From Alphaproteobacteria bacterium (GTDB lineage: Bacteria > Pseudomonadota > Alphaproteobacteria > SP197), in the NCBI GenBank assembly GCA_965200745.1, contig CBDAUZ010000002.1, positions 53,928 to 117,927 on the forward strand: 64,000 bases of DNA. Direction: 5' to 3'. A model generated the notes under the pieces. The model was not told the DNA's origin. It saw only the letters and a program-made list of their open reading frames with translations, and did not search any database. The position numbers were made by a program, and so were the translations under genes. Shown in pieces: positions 54,549-64,000 of the stretch; positions within the stretch are counted from its first letter, which is position 1; every line of letters begins with the position of its first letter.

Positions 54549-55064
54549 TCAGGACCACTCTATGTCCAGCGGATCGGGGCCAATGCTCCGGTATGAGCCG
54601 CGATAGTAGAGCAATGGTGCAGACGGTTCGCCAATCTCCATGTTGAACGCCTCACCGACAAAGATGACATGGTCGCCACCGTCATAGTGCGAACGCGTGT
54701 AGCACTCGAGCACGGCAAGAGAACCGGGAAACAACGGGCACCGGGTGACAGCCGTTTTCCATTCAACACCATCCCATTTGTCGAGCGACGTCCGGGCAAA
54801 CTTGTTGGAAAGCTCGCGCTGTTCCTCACAGAGCACATTGACCGCGAAGAAATCGCAACTCTCGAACTTGTTGAAGCTGTAGGCCTCGCGCGACAGGCTG
54901 AAGAGTACAAGCGGCGGATCGAGTGAGACCGAGTTGAAGGAATTGGCCGTGATGCCGAGAAGTTCACCGTCACGTGTGCATGACGTGACGATTGTCACGC
55001 CGGTTGCAAACATGCCAAGCGCATCACGAAGCTGAAGCTTGCTGAAATTTCGCTTTCGACTCAC
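54549..55064 (-). CDS. Flavin reductase family protein
   Basis: 171 aa with FATGVTIVTS...GITANSFNSVSLDPPLVLFSL. Confidence 0.85.
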   Translation of the reverse strand: MSRKRNFSKLQLRDALGMFATGVTIVTSCTRDGELLGITANSFNSVSLDPPLVLFSLSREAYSFNKFESCDFFAVNVLCEEQRELSNKFARTSLDKWDGVEWKTAVTRCPLFPGSLAVLECYTRSHYDGGDHVIFVGEAFNMEIGEPSAPLLYYRGSYRSIGPDPLDIEWS

Positions 55065-55162
55065 GCGCAGTAAGATCCAGGTTATCGATGATAATCATAC
55101 CACAAACCCGTACCGCTGCGTGCCGGAGAATCTGACAATTCCGAGACGCGGTCTGCCAACCG

Positions 55163-57520
55163 TCAGTACCCCGGAACCAGTTCGGGCAGGAGTGTGATCA
55201 TTTCCGGTACAAGCCACATGATCGCCAGACCAACGATCTGGATGACGACAAATGGCGCGACTCCCCGATAAATCTGTCCTGTGGTGATTTGTGGCGGAGC
55301 CACACCGCGCAGATAGAACAAGGCGAAACCGAACGGTGGCGTCAGGAAGGATGTCTGCAGATTGACGGCAATCATGATCGTGACCCACTTGGGATCAAGC
55401 GTGCCGCCGTAGATGACAGGTCCGACAATCGGAATGACGATATAGATGATCTCAAGAAAATCGAGAACAAAGCCGAGTATGAAAAGAACCAGCATGACAA
55501 CGAGAAAGACGACCCACTCGTTATCGAATGCACGCAGGAAATCCTGGATATGTTCTTCACCACCGTAGGAAATCACCACCAGATTGAGCATTTGTGATCC
55601 GATCAGAATCGCAAACACCATCGCGGTAACTTTCGCCGTGTCCCGCACGACATCCCTCAGAATCCCGTCACGGAACAGTACCCAGCAGGCGTAGCACAGT
55701 CCGCCGATCGCGAGATGATACGTCGTGACGGCCACCAGGAATGCGATCCAGTTTTCGAATCCCACCTCGTCAATCGTGATCCGCAGGTCGAAACTCGTAC
55801 CGACCAACAGAAGAATGACAGTCGAAAATGCCGCGATGAGAATGAACCGTGGTCCCTTGCGGGAATTCGACTCACGCAGCCGCCGATAGGCGGATAGCAT
55901 CAATGCCCCTGACGCACCGAGACCCGCCGCAGCCGTCGGACTCGTTACACCGGTCAGGATCGAGCCGAGAACGGCGACAATCAGGATCAACGGCGGAAAG
56001 ACGACACGCAGGATCTGGACTTCCGCAAGCCGCGGTATGGCGTGGCGTAACCCGTAAATCACTGCAAGGACGGGAATGGCCAGGATGAGCCACCCTGTTC
56101 CGGGACTCGCAAACACTGAAACCAGGAAGGCATCGGCGAGAATCGTGGCGATGACACCTGCCCCGCCGACGAGTAATGGCCAAACCGATTGCGACGGTGC
56201 AACAGCGTACGCGCCCATCAGGACAAGCGACATCAGGACCAGAATCGTCAGCAGGCTTTCCGACAACGGTGGCAGACTCTGCATTGCCACCAGCTCAAGT
56301 TCGTCCAGCACGGCATCTGTTGGCGCGACAAAGCCACTGGCGTCCGCTGCAGCCTGATCCGCAACTGACCGATCCCACTTTTCCTGTCCGTGGAGTTCGA
56401 TCATCGAGGCCTTGCATTCATCCGAAACATTGGTTCGCAGTTCCGGCGTGATGGGTGGCTGTACGAGAGAAAGTCGATCGATCGTTTGCGGTCCGGCCAG
56501 ATCGGTTGAAAACAGGACACCGGCGGCCGCAATGACGACTGCGGGTCCAACAAGAAACCAGAAGAAACGGTGATGTATCGTCGATCGATCGTCGGCCCAA
56601 AGTGCCTCGCCCATTTCGACGGGTGGCGCCTTTGACGGCCTGAACAGCGCGTAGGCAAAGACATAGATCGCATAGAGCGACGCCAGCATGATGCCCGGGA
56701 TGATCGCCGACTTGAAAAGCGTACCGACAGAAACAACAGCCGCTTCACCCAGATAGGTCAGCGCGTCGCGGCACCCCGCCGCGATCGCACGGTCTTCCTG
56801 TGCTGTCGCGTAGAGATCGCCCGCAAGTGTTCCAAGAAGAACAATCACGATTGATGGCGGGATGATCTGACCCAGGGTCCCTGATGCCGATATCACACCC
56901 GTCGCCAGTTCCGGCGAATAGTGATGCCGCAGCATTGTCGGCAGGGACAGCAGCCCCATCGTCACGACTGTCGCGCCAACAATCCCTGTCGAGGCAGCGA
57001 GAAAGGCGCCGACGACAACCACAGAAACTGCGAGGCCACCCGGCAACCTGCCGAATACCATGGCCATGGATGTAAGCAGATCCTGGGCAATCCGTGATCT
57101 TTCAAGCGATATGCCCATGAGAATGAACATTGCGACTGCGAGAAGCAGTTCGATCGACGGCCCGGCCAGAACCCGGTCATTCATGCGATTGACGATGAAT
57201 GTCAGGATTCGGTAGTAGGCGCCATCAATGCCGTTTTCGAACAGCGGTACAGCAAATGTCGGTAACTCCGGGTATCGAAAGATCGATATCGTGTGTTCAT
57301 TGACACCGGAATCCACCAATGCCCGATAGGCATCGCTCCGCGTATCGACGACCTCCCGGACAAGCCACCCCGCCTCACTCATGGCGCCGATGATGGCGAA
57401 TGCGATCAGTGCGGATCCGGCTATGGCAAACGCAACAGGAAATCCGGAAAGAATGCCGGCGAACAGGAGAACAAACGTGATGATCAATCCGATCTCAACG
57501 CCGTCGAGACCAAACAACAT
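55163..57520 (-). CDS. TRAP transporter large permease (DctM-type), unusually long (785 aa)
   Basis: Polytopic ORF with DctM-like ends (LPGGLAVSVVVVGAFLAASTG..., LTPPFGFALFYLRGV) and a long central insertion. There is a 1-nt start/stop overlap with the small subunit. Confidence 0.85.
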   Translation of the reverse strand: MLFGLDGVEIGLIITFVLLFAGILSGFPVAFAIAGSALIAFAIIGAMSEAGWLVREVVDTRSDAYRALVDSGVNEHTISIFRYPELPTFAVPLFENGIDGAYYRILTFIVNRMNDRVLAGPSIELLLAVAMFILMGISLERSRIAQDLLTSMAMVFGRLPGGLAVSVVVVGAFLAASTGIVGATVVTMGLLSLPTMLRHHYSPELATGVISASGTLGQIIPPSIVIVLLGTLAGDLYATAQEDRAIAAGCRDALTYLGEAAVVSVGTLFKSAIIPGIMLASLYAIYVFAYALFRPSKAPPVEMGEALWADDRSTIHHRFFWFLVGPAVVIAAAGVLFSTDLAGPQTIDRLSLVQPPITPELRTNVSDECKASMIELHGQEKWDRSVADQAAADASGFVAPTDAVLDELELVAMQSLPPLSESLLTILVLMSLVLMGAYAVAPSQSVWPLLVGGAGVIATILADAFLVSVFASPGTGWLILAIPVLAVIYGLRHAIPRLAEVQILRVVFPPLILIVAVLGSILTGVTSPTAAAGLGASGALMLSAYRRLRESNSRKGPRFILIAAFSTVILLLVGTSFDLRITIDEVGFENWIAFLVAVTTYHLAIGGLCYACWVLFRDGILRDVVRDTAKVTAMVFAILIGSQMLNLVVISYGGEEHIQDFLRAFDNEWVVFLVVMLVLFILGFVLDFLEIIYIVIPIVGPVIYGGTLDPKWVTIMIAVNLQTSFLTPPFGFALFYLRGVAPPQITTGQIYRGVAPFVVIQIVGLAIMWLVPEMITLLPELVPGY

Positions 57521-58437
57521 CAGTTTCTTTCCTCCGGCGCACGCTCTATCGCCACAGGCGGTTCGACACCGATGTCGGCGCGTGGATCGAGATCGAGATG
57601 CTTGCCGGACGCCTCCTCGCCTTCGAGAAACTCAAGCAGGCATCGATAGAAAAATCCGACGCCCTGCAGGAACATCAGCCCCGCAAACAGGACCAGCAGA
57701 ATCTTGAACAGAAAGTACCCGTCGAACCCGCTGGGCGAAAAACCGACAGTCTCGACGTTCCAGCGGACAAGCGCAGCCTTTCGTTCGACCGACGCAAGGG
57801 CTTCGGAGGCGGAGAGTTTCGGTGTGATCAGGTGCCGCCAGAGGAAAAACCAGCCAAACATCCACACGACACCGGTAAACGGCAGCACAAAGAACAGGGA
57901 TCCGAACATGTCGAGAACACGCCGTGTTCGGAAGCGCAGTGCCGCATAGACAAGATCAACACGCACATGACCGCCCTGGACGAAGGTGTAAGCCGCACAC
58001 AACGCAACGATCATCGCATTGTAGAGCTTGAGTTCCTCGCCAAACCAGCTCAGGTCCCGCGTGAACGCGACGCCGAAAGGACCGATTGAAATCTCGGAGA
58101 CCAGAAATATCCGCTGAAGCGCGATGATCACGATCTGCTGGAGGACCATGACCAGTGCGGCCCACGCGGCGAGGCGTCCCGTTACATTCGAGATTCCCTC
58201 GATAACACGCACCACGCCCCAAAGAAATCCGTGTCGCCATAATCCGATGACCAGAACAACGATGGCCACGTCAAGAACAACAAAGAGAAACTCCAGGGAA
58301 GCGCCGTAATAGACGATGTAGACCAGATCCGCCATGTTTGTCGGATCCGGCCACAGTTCCGGGCTGGAGACAACCCGAACAAGATCAACGAGCCCGCCAA
58401 ACAGGCGGACCGGGAGCCAGATCAGGATCTCGATCAT
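57520..58437 (-). CDS. TRAP transporter small permease (DctQ-type), long form (305 aa)
   Basis: Multi-TM ORF immediately upstream of the DctM gene. Confidence 0.75.
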   Translation of the reverse strand: MIEILIWLPVRLFGGLVDLVRVVSSPELWPDPTNMADLVYIVYYGASLEFLFVVLDVAIVVLVIGLWRHGFLWGVVRVIEGISNVTGRLAAWAALVMVLQQIVIIALQRIFLVSEISIGPFGVAFTRDLSWFGEELKLYNAMIVALCAAYTFVQGGHVRVDLVYAALRFRTRRVLDMFGSLFFVLPFTGVVWMFGWFFLWRHLITPKLSASEALASVERKAALVRWNVETVGFSPSGFDGYFLFKILLVLFAGLMFLQGVGFFYRCLLEFLEGEEASGKHLDLDPRADIGVEPPVAIERAPEERN

Positions 58438-58495
58438 GATCTACGAATCGAACTCGCACCCGAACCGGAAGCAGCTCGGGTGCGAGTACAGAATG

Positions 58496-59565
58496 TCAGA
58501 TTCCCATGACCCTGTTGCGTTCACGCGTGTAGACCGCACTGGACTTGCTGATCCAGCCTGCTGACGCGACGAGAGAGCTGTGAAATGAGTCGAAAATCTT
58601 CTTGAAAAGCGGATCCGACATGTTTTCGTCCATGACGGCTTGCGCACCTTCCCCGAAGGCTGACCAGACGCTTTGCGGAAATTCGAAGGTCTGCACACCG
58701 GCGGCAATCAGGCGCTGGAGTGCAAAACCGTGGTTGGAGAGAAACTGAGCGTGATTCCACGAGTTCGTCTCACCGGACACAACCTCGATGATCTTCTGCT
58801 CCCACGGGCTCATGCTGTCATAGACTTCGCGGTTCAATGCCAGCGACAGTCCGGGACCCGGCTCATGGAATCCTGATGTGTAGTAGATCTTCGTGATCTC
58901 GTTGAATCCGGCCTTTTCATCCGCCCATGGCCCGATCCATTCCGTGCCGTCAATTTCGCCCTTGGCCAGCGCATCATGTTGCGGACAGACGCGCCGAGGT
59001 GCGTCAATGCCTTGCCGCCGAGACCTGGCATGCGGAAACGCAATCCCTCAAAGTCTTCCGGCTGTTCGATCTGCTTGTTGAACCAGCCACCCGCCTGTGC
59101 GCCGGTGTTGCCGGCAACGAACGTCCGGAGGTTGAAAACTGCCGACAGTTCATCGAGGACTTCCTGGCCGCCCATGTGGTAGTATCAGTTGTTCAATTCA
59201 ATCGGTGTCATGCCGAACGGTACAGCTGTATAGAACGCGAACCCGGGATGCTGGCCAATGAAATAGTAGTCAGCCGCGTGATACATGTCGGCCTGTCCGG
59301 ATGAAACTGCGTCGAATACCTCGAAGGCGCCAACGAGTTCACCAGCGGCCTTGAAGTCGATTTCGATCATGCCATCGGAAAGCGCAACGATGTTGTCCGC
59401 GCATCTTTGTGCAGCATCATGCACACCGGCCAGTCCACGACTCCACGACGTAACCATCGTGAGCTTCCGGCGACCCTGTGAAATGGCCGGCGTCGGGAAC
59501 GTCGACGCGGTCGCACCAACGGCAGCAATCCCGGCACCGCCTGCCAGGAATTTACGTCTATCCAT
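58496..59565 (-). pseudogene. TRAP substrate-binding protein (DctP-type, Tat leader), inactivated
   Basis: Three ORFs (59185..59565, 58834..59175, 58496..58837) together read as one DctP. The first two share a frame and are separated by a single TGA (59185-59187). The second and third differ by a frameshift near 58975-58990. Confidence 0.75.
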
Positions 59566-59867
59566 GAGGGTAGATCCTCCTCAGTTGTGTAAAAGCAGAG
59601 ACATTGTTTCCCAACCGGTTTTGAAGTCCGGCTCAAGAGAATAGAACGCAACCATGTGTTGATTGCAAGCAACAAGAAGCCCGATCACCGGAATTCGGGC
59701 ACGTGTGGCACCACAGTCGCGTTCAAGTGCGCAGAAACACACATTGAGACATGCCCCATGTTCAGACGATCTCGCGCCGTTGCATGTTCATCAGGACAGA
59801 GTGAAAAGACGACGCACATGCGGGGCGAACAGAACATATCGCATTGCGCCCTGGAGCTATCCGAATG

Positions 59868-60542
59868 TTACCGGTTCAATTCCAGGTACGACTGCCAGAG
59901 ATCGACATGAACGCGGTCGTGTGGCGTCGCGCGCGAGCCCCACAGTTCACACGCGGCGAATTCGACGGTGTAGCAATGCTGCGGGCACTCACCTTCCCTG
60001 CGTGCATTCGTGTCGGGAAAGACGAACACGCCGTGATCCCGCTGGATTACACCGGTTCGTCCGCGACAGTAGCGTGGCACCCGTGTGTGAAATGGTGGGT
60101 GTTCGTTGCGTACCCTGACAGAATCACCGACCGAAAATGCCCGCGTGATCTCGGGCGTGTCACGGCGTGTGCTGTATCCCCCGGCAACGGACTCTTCCAT
60201 TTCGTCGAGCGTGATTCCGCTGCCGCCGGGTGCGCGTACCGGCGAATCAATCTGCTGCATGCGCGCCTGGATCTCGTCGTGCGTGAGAACATTGCGTTTC
60301 GTGACAATCGCCTCAACCGAGCGGGTCCACAGTTCATAATACGTAGAATTCAGATATGTCGCCGGCGGAATTCGCTCGATGTTCGTCCGGAGATCGTCGT
60401 CCGAGAATTTCACACCCTCCGCGACCTGCAGGGCGAGACCGAATGCCCTCCTTTCCCACGCACTGTGAAACACGGGCTCATCCGGCTGACGGTTGATTGC
60501 ACCAAACCCGTGCATGCCGCCGAGATCATGGATTCCGTTCAT
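59868..60542 (-). CDS. nthB: Nitrile hydratase beta subunit
   Basis: 224 aa starting MNGIHDLGGMHGFG, with AWERRAFGL. Confidence 0.9.
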   Translation of the reverse strand: MNGIHDLGGMHGFGAINRQPDEPVFHSAWERRAFGLALQVAEGVKFSDDDLRTNIERIPPATYLNSTYYELWTRSVEAIVTKRNVLTHDEIQARMQQIDSPVRAPGGSGITLDEMEESVAGGYSTRRDTPEITRAFSVGDSVRVRNEHPPFHTRVPRYCRGRTGVIQRDHGVFVFPDTNARREGECPQHCYTVEFAACELWGSRATPHDRVHVDLWQSYLELNR

Positions 60543-60555
60543 GGGATCCTCCGTT

Positions 60556-61137
60556 TCAGTGCGGCGCTGTGCCGATCATGCCGTCGCGAGAGACGACTGC
60601 AGCAAGATCCTCTCTCGTCCAGCCGTCCGTGTCCTGCGGTCGTTTCGGCAGGACCATGTAGCGAATCTCGGCACTCGAGTCCCAGACCCTGACCTCGACA
60701 TCATCGCCGATCGCATAACCGAATTCCTCAAGCACAGCTCTCGGCTCGCGAACCACGCGTGCCCGGTATGGCGGACTCTTGTACCAGCGCGGTGGCAATC
60801 CCAGTACAGGCCATGGATAACAGGAGCAGAGTGTGCAGACGATAACGTTGTGAACATGATCCGTGTTTTCGACAACGACCATGTTTTCACCCTGGACACC
60901 CGAAATCCCGAACTCTGCCAGGGCGGGCGTCGCATCCTCGACAAGGCGTGCCCGAAAATCATCGTCCACCCAGGCCTCGGCAACAATCCGTGCACCACGG
61001 TGCGGACCAATTCGGGTCTCGTAGAGTTCGATGAGACGGTCGATCGCATCGGGATCGACCAGTCCGCGTTCAGCGAGCAGGTGCTCGATCGCCGCGACCT
61101 TCAACGCAATGTCCGGAACTTCGTCGTGTTCTGCCAC
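60556..61137 (-). CDS. nthA: Nitrile hydratase alpha subunit, cobalt type
   Basis: ORF 60556..61167 with the metal-site motif [10 protein letters not shown] (Thr indicates the Co type). I prefer the GTG at 61137 after GAGAGGAA. Confidence 0.9.
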   Translation of the reverse strand: MAEHDEVPDIALKVAAIEHLLAERGLVDPDAIDRLIELYETRIGPHRGARIVAEAWVDDDFRARLVEDATPALAEFGISGVQGENMVVVENTDHVHNVIVCTLCSCYPWPVLGLPPRWYKSPPYRARVVREPRAVLEEFGYAIGDDVEVRVWDSSAEIRYMVLPKRPQDTDGWTREDLAAVVSRDGMIGTAPH

Positions 61138-61167
61138 TGAATTCCTCTCTGTCGCCGATGAAGACAA

Positions 61168-63396
61168 TCAATCAAAGGTGCGTCCGGAAGGATAGCCCGG
61201 CGGGATTGTTTTTCCAGCCTGACCGCGTTTTCCGATCAGTTTGTCGAGGTCCGTAATCCGACGCGTGCGTGTTCCCGCTTTCCAGGCCAGACCGTCCTTC
61301 AGATCGAATGTCTTGATATCTGACAAGCCTCCTGAACGATAGCGCTGGAGAATGACTCCGCGTCCCCGGTTCAATTCGGGAATCTCAGTCAACGGACAGA
61401 TCAACAGGCGCCGCTCTTCGCCCCCCATGACCGCGACATGCGTCCCTTCCACGAACCGCATCGCGGCTGCCTCGACCGCACCGGATACGTTGAGTATTGC
61501 CTTGCCGGAACGTGTTCTTGATTCGACCATGGCCTCCGGCACGATGAATCCCCTGCCGTCGGTTGATGCCACAATCAGTTTCCTGTCGCCCCTGAATACG
61601 TTCATCGCGACTATATCGACGTCGTTTCCAAGATCGACCAGCAAACGTACCGGATCGCCGGACCCGCGCGCGTCGGGCAGCTTGTCGCAGCCGAGTATGT
61701 AGAACCGGCCGTTTGTCGCGAAGAGCAGGAGTTTGTCCGTCGTCCATGCCTCGACGCGAAACCGTTCCCGGTCTCCCTCCTTGAACCGCAGCGTTCCTGC
61801 CTGTTCGCCATGTTGGCGCGCTGCGCCGATCCAGCCCCTGAGTGACAGGATCACCGTGATGGGCTCTCGTTCCATTGTTGCATCAGACGGAATATCCACA
61901 GCGGGCAATTCACCGCCGACACGTGTTCGCCGCAGGCCTGCCGCATGGCCGTGCCCGAATTCAGCGCGAATCTCGCTGAACTCCTTCTTGAGTGCTGTCT
62001 TCTGGCGACGGACGCTGCTGATCAGATCGTCGAGTTGCTCGCGTTCGCGCATCAGCTCGGACGCTTCTTCCTCGATCTTGATTTCTTCAAGCTTGTGCAG
62101 CGCACGAAGTCGCATGTTGAGGATGGCTTCCGCCTGCAATTCGCTGAGCGCGTAGCGCTCCATCAGTTGCCTTTTCGGGCGGTCCTCGAACCGGATGATC
62201 CTGATCACTTCATCGATGTTCAGATACGCGACGCGGAATCCTTCGAGGACTTCCAGACGACTGTCGATCCTGGCAATACGATTGCGTGAGCGTCGCAGGA
62301 GTATCACCTGCCTGTGGTCTATGAATGCCTGGAGCGCTGTGCGCAAGTTCATCACACGGGGGACGCCATCCGCGTCCAGAACATTGAGATTCAACGGAAT
62401 CCGGACCTCAAGATCTGTCGTTCGAAACAGCGATTCCATCAGGACCACGGGGTCAACCGTCCGGTTCTTTGGTACCAGGACCAGTCGAACGTCTTCTGCC
62501 GACTCGTCGTTGACACTTTCAAGAAGCGGGAGGCGACGCAGGTCCAGGAGACCGGCAATTCGCTCGACCAGGCGCGACTTCTGAACCTGGTACGGGATCT
62601 CGTCGACAACGATCCTGTAGGTTCCCCGTCCGGTTTGTTCCTGATGCCAACGCGCCCTCAGACGAAATGAACCGCGACCGGTCTCGTAGGATTCAACAAG
62701 GGACTCCGTGCTTTCAACAAGTTCGCCGCCCGTCGGGAAATCGGGTCCCTGTACCAGGTAGACGAGTTCACTGGTCGTCGTTCGCGGTTTGTCGACAAGT
62801 CGCATGAGTGCCTGGCAGAGCTCGTCGGCATTGTGCGGCGGTATACTGGTCGCCATACCGACCGCGATTCCGCTGGTGCCGTTTGCCAGGAGGTTGGGAA
62901 AGCGCGCGGCCAGAACGACAGGTTCATGTTCAGACCCGTCATAGGTGGGACGAAAGTCAACGACGTCATCGTCGAGACCTTCGAGAAGTGCCAGCGCGAC
63001 ATTGGTCATGCGCGCTTCCGTGTAGCGCATTGCCGCAGCGTTATCGCCGTCGACGTTGCCAAAGTTCCCCTGCCCGTCGACCAATGGATATCGCGCAACA
63101 AAGTCCTGAGCGAGGCGCACAAGTGCGTCATAAATCGCCTGGTCGCCATGCGGGTGAAACTTGCCGATGACATCCCCGACCACGCGTGCGGATTTCTTGA
63201 ATCCGTCCTGCGGATTGAGGCGCAGCAGATGCATTGCATAGAGCAGACGGCGATGCACGGGTTTGAGGCCGTCCCGGACATCCGGCAATGAACGGGACGT
63301 AATCGTTGACATGGCATACGCGAGATAACGCCGGGTCAGCGCATCAGAAAACGGAACGGTCTCTATCCGGTCTTCCTGAACACCATCGTCAACCAT
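61168..63396 (-). CDS. parC: DNA topoisomerase IV subunit A
   Basis: 742 aa with [13 protein letters not shown] and the catalytic Tyr region AAMRYTE. The length fits ParC rather than GyrA. Confidence 0.9.
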   Translation of the reverse strand: MVDDGVQEDRIETVPFSDALTRRYLAYAMSTITSRSLPDVRDGLKPVHRRLLYAMHLLRLNPQDGFKKSARVVGDVIGKFHPHGDQAIYDALVRLAQDFVARYPLVDGQGNFGNVDGDNAAAMRYTEARMTNVALALLEGLDDDVVDFRPTYDGSEHEPVVLAARFPNLLANGTSGIAVGMATSIPPHNADELCQALMRLVDKPRTTTSELVYLVQGPDFPTGGELVESTESLVESYETGRGSFRLRARWHQEQTGRGTYRIVVDEIPYQVQKSRLVERIAGLLDLRRLPLLESVNDESAEDVRLVLVPKNRTVDPVVLMESLFRTTDLEVRIPLNLNVLDADGVPRVMNLRTALQAFIDHRQVILLRRSRNRIARIDSRLEVLEGFRVAYLNIDEVIRIIRFEDRPKRQLMERYALSELQAEAILNMRLRALHKLEEIKIEEEASELMREREQLDDLISSVRRQKTALKKEFSEIRAEFGHGHAAGLRRTRVGGELPAVDIPSDATMEREPITVILSLRGWIGAARQHGEQAGTLRFKEGDRERFRVEAWTTDKLLLFATNGRFYILGCDKLPDARGSGDPVRLLVDLGNDVDIVAMNVFRGDRKLIVASTDGRGFIVPEAMVESRTRSGKAILNVSGAVEAAAMRFVEGTHVAVMGGEERRLLICPLTEIPELNRGRGVILQRYRSGGLSDIKTFDLKDGLAWKAGTRTRRITDLDKLIGKRGQAGKTIPPGYPSGRTFD

Positions 63397-64000
63397 GATG
63401 ATCCTGCAGTTCCGTTTCGTTTCGTCGCACGAGACAGTCCATGAATCGTGTCCTGGCGGGCGGTGTGGCAGGTTCCTGCTCGGGACGCAGGTAACGCGAC
63501 AGGAAATACCCGGTCATCCGCAACCCATCGAGAACATCCGACAGCGTGGCCTCTCTCCGACCTGCCAGGAATCCTGGAAGTACCAGGAGCCTGTCGGCCC
63601 ACTTTTCACCAGCTGCATGCGTGACCGCGCGACCTGTTCGCGGCGAAACCCATGCCAACCCCTCTCTTTCGCCCGTAACGGCACAGCGGGTCAATTCAAG
63701 TCCATATCCAAGTTCCGCCAACACGCCAATTTCCCAACGCACATAGACCGCCGGCCAGTGTGCACTGTCCGATGCAAGCTGATCGAGAAGGACGACAAGT
63801 GCATCATACTGATGCTGACACGGTTGACGCTCCGGAAATGCGACCTCGGCGACTGCGCAGGCGCTTGCCAGGCACGCGAGACGGGCGGGATCGTCGATAA
63901 AACGGCGCGCAACTGCCCGTTCGAGTTCAAGTGAAACCGAACCGAGATGCTCCGGCAATCGCGCTTTCCATTTGACAGCAACGTGGTTGCCGATCTCGAT
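63389..64000 (-). CDS. recO: DNA repair protein RecO; 5' end runs off the window
   Basis: ORF 63389..63958, with an open frame continuing to the window edge. It has a RecO-like C-terminal domain and overlaps the parC start by 8 nt. Confidence 0.8.
   Translation of the reverse strand: MEIGNHVAVKWKARLPEHLGSVSLELERAVARRFIDDPARLACLASACAVAEVAFPERQPCQHQYDALVVLLDQLASDSAHWPAVYVRWEIGVLAELGYGLELTRCAVTGEREGLAWVSPRTGRAVTHAAGEKWADRLLVLPGFLAGRREATLSDVLDGLRMTGYFLSRYLRPEQEPATPPARTRFMDCLVRRNETELQDHHG

Noticed and set aside
59185-59187. In-frame TGA in dctP as selenocysteine or as Trp recoding.
   Set aside because: The expected residue is Trp, not Cys/Sec. I see no SECIS-like hairpin immediately downstream. 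TGA is used as an ordinary stop by many genes in the window. The same gene also has an independent frameshift, so a nonsense mutation or a sequencing error is the simpler explanation.
1-64000. CRISPR arrays, tRNA, rRNA or tmRNA genes, intact IS elements or integrases, and prophage genes.
   Set aside because: I scanned the intergenic regions and found no spaced direct-repeat arrays, no tRNA-like T-arm/acceptor patterns and no transposase or integrase-length ORFs. Only a resolvase HTH fragment is present, and it is reported separately.

Overview
GC-rich (by eye, not computed), gene-dense chromosomal segment. It looks alphaproteobacterial: recO-parC synteny at the right edge, Lhr helicase and DsbA genes at the left edge, and marine-heterotroph style catabolic content. 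The taxon is inference. I support about 50 protein-coding genes and found no rRNA, tRNA, CRISPR array or intact transposase or integrase.

Layout:
- 1-4.2 kb: housekeeping genes.
- 4.3-15.2 kb: acyl-CoA and amine catabolic module with a Pot-type ABC importer that has no binding protein.
- 15.2-16.0 kb: decayed junction (resolvase HTH remnant plus dead methyltransferase).
- 16-29.3 kb: the most unusual block. It holds three divergent non-pyrrolysine MttB-superfamily methyltransferase paralogs, a TMADH/StcD-like flavoprotein, an MDR reductase, a LysR regulator and a tandem pair of DddL-like cupins. No corrinoid partner is visible.
- 30.3-37 kb: Opp/Dpp-type ABC importer plus LysR.
- 37.3-39.6 kb: AAA+ (DUF4143) ATPase module next to a dead scpB copy that carries a 61-bp palindromic insertion.
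- 39.7-52.7 kb: PhyH dioxygenase, orphan PotD-like binding protein, gcdH, a 1-kb structured non-coding gap, hemB, CoA-transferase, Ntn acylase, FGase and a DUF1989-GcvT fusion with an apparent frameshift.
- 52.8-59.6 kb: two-component flavin monooxygenase plus a TRAP transporter whose dctP is inactivated.
- 59.9-64 kb: Co-type nitrile hydratase abutting parC-recO.

Gene remnants and frameshifts are unusually frequent. This could be real decay or assembly error, and the sequence alone cannot tell them apart. Coordinates of hairpins and repeats were read by eye and may be off by 1-2 nt.
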